Below, piece by piece: positions 61,125 through 64,000 of a stretch of 64,000 nucleotides of DNA. A program made the position numbers and the translations under genes. The first letter of the stretch is position 1. The number at the start of each line of letters is the position of its first letter. The notes under the pieces were generated by a model. That model had not been told where the DNA came from and ran no database searches. It saw nothing but the letters and a program-made list of their open reading frames with translations. Origin of the DNA: Deltaproteobacteria bacterium (GTDB taxonomy: Bacteria > Desulfobacterota > Desulfomonilia > UBA1062); assembly GCA_029552245.1 (NCBI GenBank), contig JAKPDW010000017.1, positions 48,368 through 112,367 on the forward strand, in the 5' to 3' direction.

Positions 61125-62933
61125 ATGGCGTATTCCGAGAAACACGTTCCGGGTATTTTCCACAACAGGGCAGAGCGTTACCAGTACGAGACCTTCGTCA
61201 GGTACAAGCATGCGGGGAAGTACACCGCCGTCAGCTGGAAGGAGATGCAGAACAGGGTGATCAAGACCGGGCTCGGGCTCATCTCCCTCGGTTGCGAGCC
61301 CAGGGACATGATCGGCATCTTCTCCGAGAACTGCTGGGAATGGATCGTCGCCGACCTTGCCGCACTCTCGATCGGGTGTACCGATGTGCCCATTTACGCG
61401 ACCAACTCCGGCGCGGAGGCCGCCTACATCATCAACGATTCAGGGACAAAGGTGCTCTTCGTCTCGGACAAGGAGCATCTCGACAAGATCCTCTCGGTGA
61501 GAAAGCGCCTGGACTCTCTCACGAAGATCGTGACCTTCGAGAAGATCGAGGGTGCACCTGAGGATGTGATGGGGCTCGACGAGCTCATGGCGCTGGGGGA
61601 GGCCTTCGCCGACAGGGATGCCTTCGAGAGGAGGTTGAACGCGATAGACCCCGAAGACCTCGCAACGCTCATCTACACCTCCGGCACGACCGGCCAGCCC
61701 AAGGGGGTCATGCTGACCCACGCGAACTTCGTGGCGAACCTCATGCAGTCCTACGCGTCGCACCCCATCATCGGGCACGACGACGAGGCGTTATCCTTCC
61801 TGCCGTGGAGCCACTCCCTCGGCAGGACGGTCTCTCTCTACCTCATGATCCATATCGGCGCGGTGATCAGCCTCGCCGAGTCGTTCTCCACGGTCCTCGA
61901 AAACATGCAGGAGACCCGGCCGACCCTCATGGTGAGCGTGCCCAGGCTCTTCGAAAAGATACACGCCGGGATCCTCGCCAAGGCGGACAAGGCGCCCCCT
62001 CTCAAGAAGAAGCTCTTCGAGTGGGCCCTGGGGGTGGCCGACAGGGCGGTGGATTACGTGGTGCAGCGCAAGGCCATGCCCGGGGTCCTGAAGACCCAGT
62101 ACGACATCGCGGATGCGCTCGTCTTCAAAAAGCTGAGGGAGGCGTTGGGCCTCGACCGGATCAGGATCTTCATCAGCGGCGGCGGCCCCTTGTCCACGGA
62201 TATCGACAGGTTCTTCAACGGCATCGGTATACCCGTGCACAACGGGTACGGCCTCACCGAGACCAGCCCGGTCACCAACGTGAACAGGTTCGACGTGTTC
62301 GCGTTCGGTTCCGTGGGACCGGCCCTGCCCGACACGCAGGTGAGGATCGCCGATGACGGGGAGATCCTCATCAAGGGGCCCCAGGTCATGAAGGGGTACT
62401 ACAACAAGCCCGACGATACCAAGGCCGCGTTCACCCACGACGGCTGGTTCATGACCGGCGATATCGGGCGCATGGACGAGCGCGGCTGCCTGTACATCAC
62501 GGACAGGAAGAAGGACATCATCGTCACGGCCGGCGGCAAGAACATCGCCCCTCAGAACATAGAGAACACGCTGGTGGCCGACCTGTACATAGAGCAGGCG
62601 GTGGTGATAGGCGAGGGCAGGAAGTACTTGAGCGCGCTGATCGTGCCCAACTTCAAGGAGCTGGGAGAATACGCGAAGAAACAGGGGATATCGTTCAACA
62701 CCAACGAGGATCTCGTGAGGAAGCCGGAGATCGTTGCCTTCTACGAGGCGAAGATCAGGGACCTCATGAAGGACTATGCCCGTGTCGAGCAGATCAGGAA
62801 GTTCACGCTCCTGGGGCGTGAATTCAGCATCGATACCGGCGAACTCACGCCGACGCTCAAGATCAAGAGGAAGGTCGTGAACGAGAACTACAAGGAGGCG
62901 ATCGAGGCCATGTACAAGGATGACAGGGACTGA
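61125..62933 (+). CDS. Long-chain-fatty-acid--CoA ligase (AMP-forming acyl-CoA synthetase, FadD-like), paralog 3
   Basis: Collinear with the two minus-strand paralogs (LIYTSGTTGQPKGVMLTH, ELTPTLKIKRK). The ATG at 61125 follows AAAGGAGGG. Confidence 0.9.
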   Translation: MAYSEKHVPGIFHNRAERYQYETFVRYKHAGKYTAVSWKEMQNRVIKTGLGLISLGCEPRDMIGIFSENCWEWIVADLAALSIGCTDVPIYATNSGAEAAYIINDSGTKVLFVSDKEHLDKILSVRKRLDSLTKIVTFEKIEGAPEDVMGLDELMALGEAFADRDAFERRLNAIDPEDLATLIYTSGTTGQPKGVMLTHANFVANLMQSYASHPIIGHDDEALSFLPWSHSLGRTVSLYLMIHIGAVISLAESFSTVLENMQETRPTLMVSVPRLFEKIHAGILAKADKAPPLKKKLFEWALGVADRAVDYVVQRKAMPGVLKTQYDIADALVFKKLREALGLDRIRIFISGGGPLSTDIDRFFNGIGIPVHNGYGLTETSPVTNVNRFDVFAFGSVGPALPDTQVRIADDGEILIKGPQVMKGYYNKPDDTKAAFTHDGWFMTGDIGRMDERGCLYITDRKKDIIVTAGGKNIAPQNIENTLVADLYIEQAVVIGEGRKYLSALIVPNFKELGEYAKKQGISFNTNEDLVRKPEIVAFYEAKIRDLMKDYARVEQIRKFTLLGREFSIDTGELTPTLKIKRKVVNENYKEAIEAMYKDDRD

Positions 62934-63698
62934 GGCCTTCCCGGCCCTCGTCCTTGTGCCTCCGGCCGGTCTTGCGGCCTTCGGGGGGAGCGCGTGAACG
63001 ACACGCCCTCCCTCCGGTTCTCACCCCCCTGGATGACGCACCGACGACGGGGAGGCGGGGTCGGCGCACCGAAGGGGTAACGTGCGCGCCGGATGCCGTC
63101 TCGGGCATGCATTTGCTGACCTGGACCCTGCCGCCCAGATAGAAGAGCTGGGAACTCGTCCCGGGCCTCAGCGTCTCAGGTGTGCATCTGACGACCTTGA
63201 CCCTGTTGCGGTCCTTGGGTTTCGCGGTCCGGAGAGGGCGACGACAGGGCTGACCCTTGGAAGCCGTCGACGCACTGGAGCCCGGGAAGGGGCGGTCTCT
63301 CCCGGCGTGCCTCAAAGACGCGCGCAAAGGACCAAGAACGATTTCTCGGGCGATGCAGGCCGGCACCCATGAGCCGGGTGCCGGTCTCCCTGCCTGAGGC
63401 GACACCCCCGCCTCGAGGGACCCACCCGCAGGGCGCGCCCTGTCAGGAGCGCCGAGGTCCATGACAGGTCGGCCTCACCCGGGTAACGCTTTTCCCGGCA
63501 GAAGGCCGGACCGCCGGCTGCATGCAGGGCTGCGCCTGAAGGTCATGCCGCCATGCAGGGGAGGACCCTGGGCATTGCCTCGGGCCGGCGCTCGATGCCG
63601 CCCCATGCAGTGAGTCCCGCCTGCCCGGCGTGGGGAAACCCGGGCACGAGCCGCCTGGCAGGCACACCCACTTTTCCCCCTTGCTTTTCCCGGAGAAT

Positions 63699-63743
63699 GG
63701 CTATATATGGTATTTTTGTGTGGATGATACGCTATATATAGTA
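63699..63743. promoter_or_regulatory. Tandem NrdR boxes (ggCTATATATgGTA and cgCTATATATaGTA, 31 bp centre to centre) upstream of the ribonucleotide reductase gene
   Basis: Two near-identical AT palindromes in a GC-rich context, at the 31-32 bp phasing typical of NrdR operators, 115-160 bp upstream of an ATP-cone ORF. Confidence 0.55.
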
Positions 63744-63858
63744 TCTTCCCAGGGGGGAGGCCCGGCCCCGGGCAGGCCGCCAGGCCGCAGCCCTTTGGGG
63801 GCCGGCAAGGGGATGCGGATTGGTTCTCGGCAATCGTGAAATACTGCAAGGAGGGGGC

Positions 63859-64000
63859 ATGTTCAGGAGCATCAAGAAGCGAGACGGTCGTGAGGTGGAG
63901 TTCGAGGCTTCGAAGATAACCGCAGCCATCGCCAAGGCGGGGAGGGCCACGGGCGAGTTCGGGGAGGAAACCGCGCACATGCTCATGCTCAAGGTCCTCT
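63859..64000 (+). CDS. Ribonucleotide reductase, N-terminal ATP-cone domain (3'-truncated by the window edge; class not determinable)
   Basis: MFRSIKKRDGREVEFEASKITAAIAKA is a canonical ATP-cone start. An AGGAGGGGG RBS precedes it, and NrdR boxes lie upstream. Confidence 0.6.
   Translation, partial: MFRSIKKRDGREVEFEASKITAAIAKAGRATGEFGEETAHMLMLKVL

Noticed and set aside
63380-63700. A possible cobalamin riboswitch in the leader of the ribonucleotide reductase gene.
   Set aside because: I looked for the B12-box and GCCACUG hallmarks and found neither. Only NrdR boxes are evident. A covariance-model scan would be needed to exclude other riboswitch classes.

Overview
This 64 kb window is high-GC (~64%) bacterial chromosome, and the gene content suggests a strictly anaerobic, probably syntrophic Deltaproteobacteria-like organism (inference from content only). 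Its conserved core comprises hppA (membrane pyrophosphatase), gatCAB fused in one operon with a pncB-like gene and mtnA, the gene run tilS, mfd, a SurA-like PPIase and uvrA, and the rpsP-KH-rimM-trmD-rplS-rnhB-yraN operon, which continues into Mut7-C and DHH/NrnA genes. nadE, two hybrid sensor histidine kinases and an NrdR-box-regulated ribonucleotide reductase at the right edge are also present. The accessory and metabolic content is: (1) an HgdCAB-type radical 2-hydroxyacyl-CoA dehydratase / benzoyl-CoA-reductase-like cluster (two large subunits, an SDR, one activase ATPase) diverging from hppA. (2) Three paralogous FadD-like AMP-forming acyl-CoA synthetases (two in tandem) and two paralogous fusions of a family-I CoA-transferase to a GNAT acetyltransferase. 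(3) Three orphan PF04392-type ABC substrate-binding proteins with no permease or ATPase partners. (4) An ACP / AMP-ligase / PP-loop amidotransferase operon plus a PEP-CTERM-locus-type polysaccharide deacetylase, with no exosortase in the window. (5) A DnaG-like protein (CHC2 zinc finger plus a Toprim domain that has lost its DxD motif) translationally coupled to an ABC-F ATPase. The most unusual non-coding signal is a set of at least four intergenic mini-arrays with CRISPR-like geometry (26-28 bp direct repeats, about 32 bp unique spacers, about 60 bp period, 2-3 units) in which each locus has a different repeat sequence, and no cas genes are present. There is also a pair of ~90 bp hairpin-containing direct repeats bracketing a 3.65 kb segment (HerA-like DUF853 ATPase, the 3-unit array, a Mop/TOBE gene) and a 60 bp duplication of the 3' end of the DHH gene. 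No rRNA or tRNA gene was recognised. All coordinates come from reading the sequence by eye against the ORF track; start codons were refined where RBS or overlap evidence was visible, and no database search was run.
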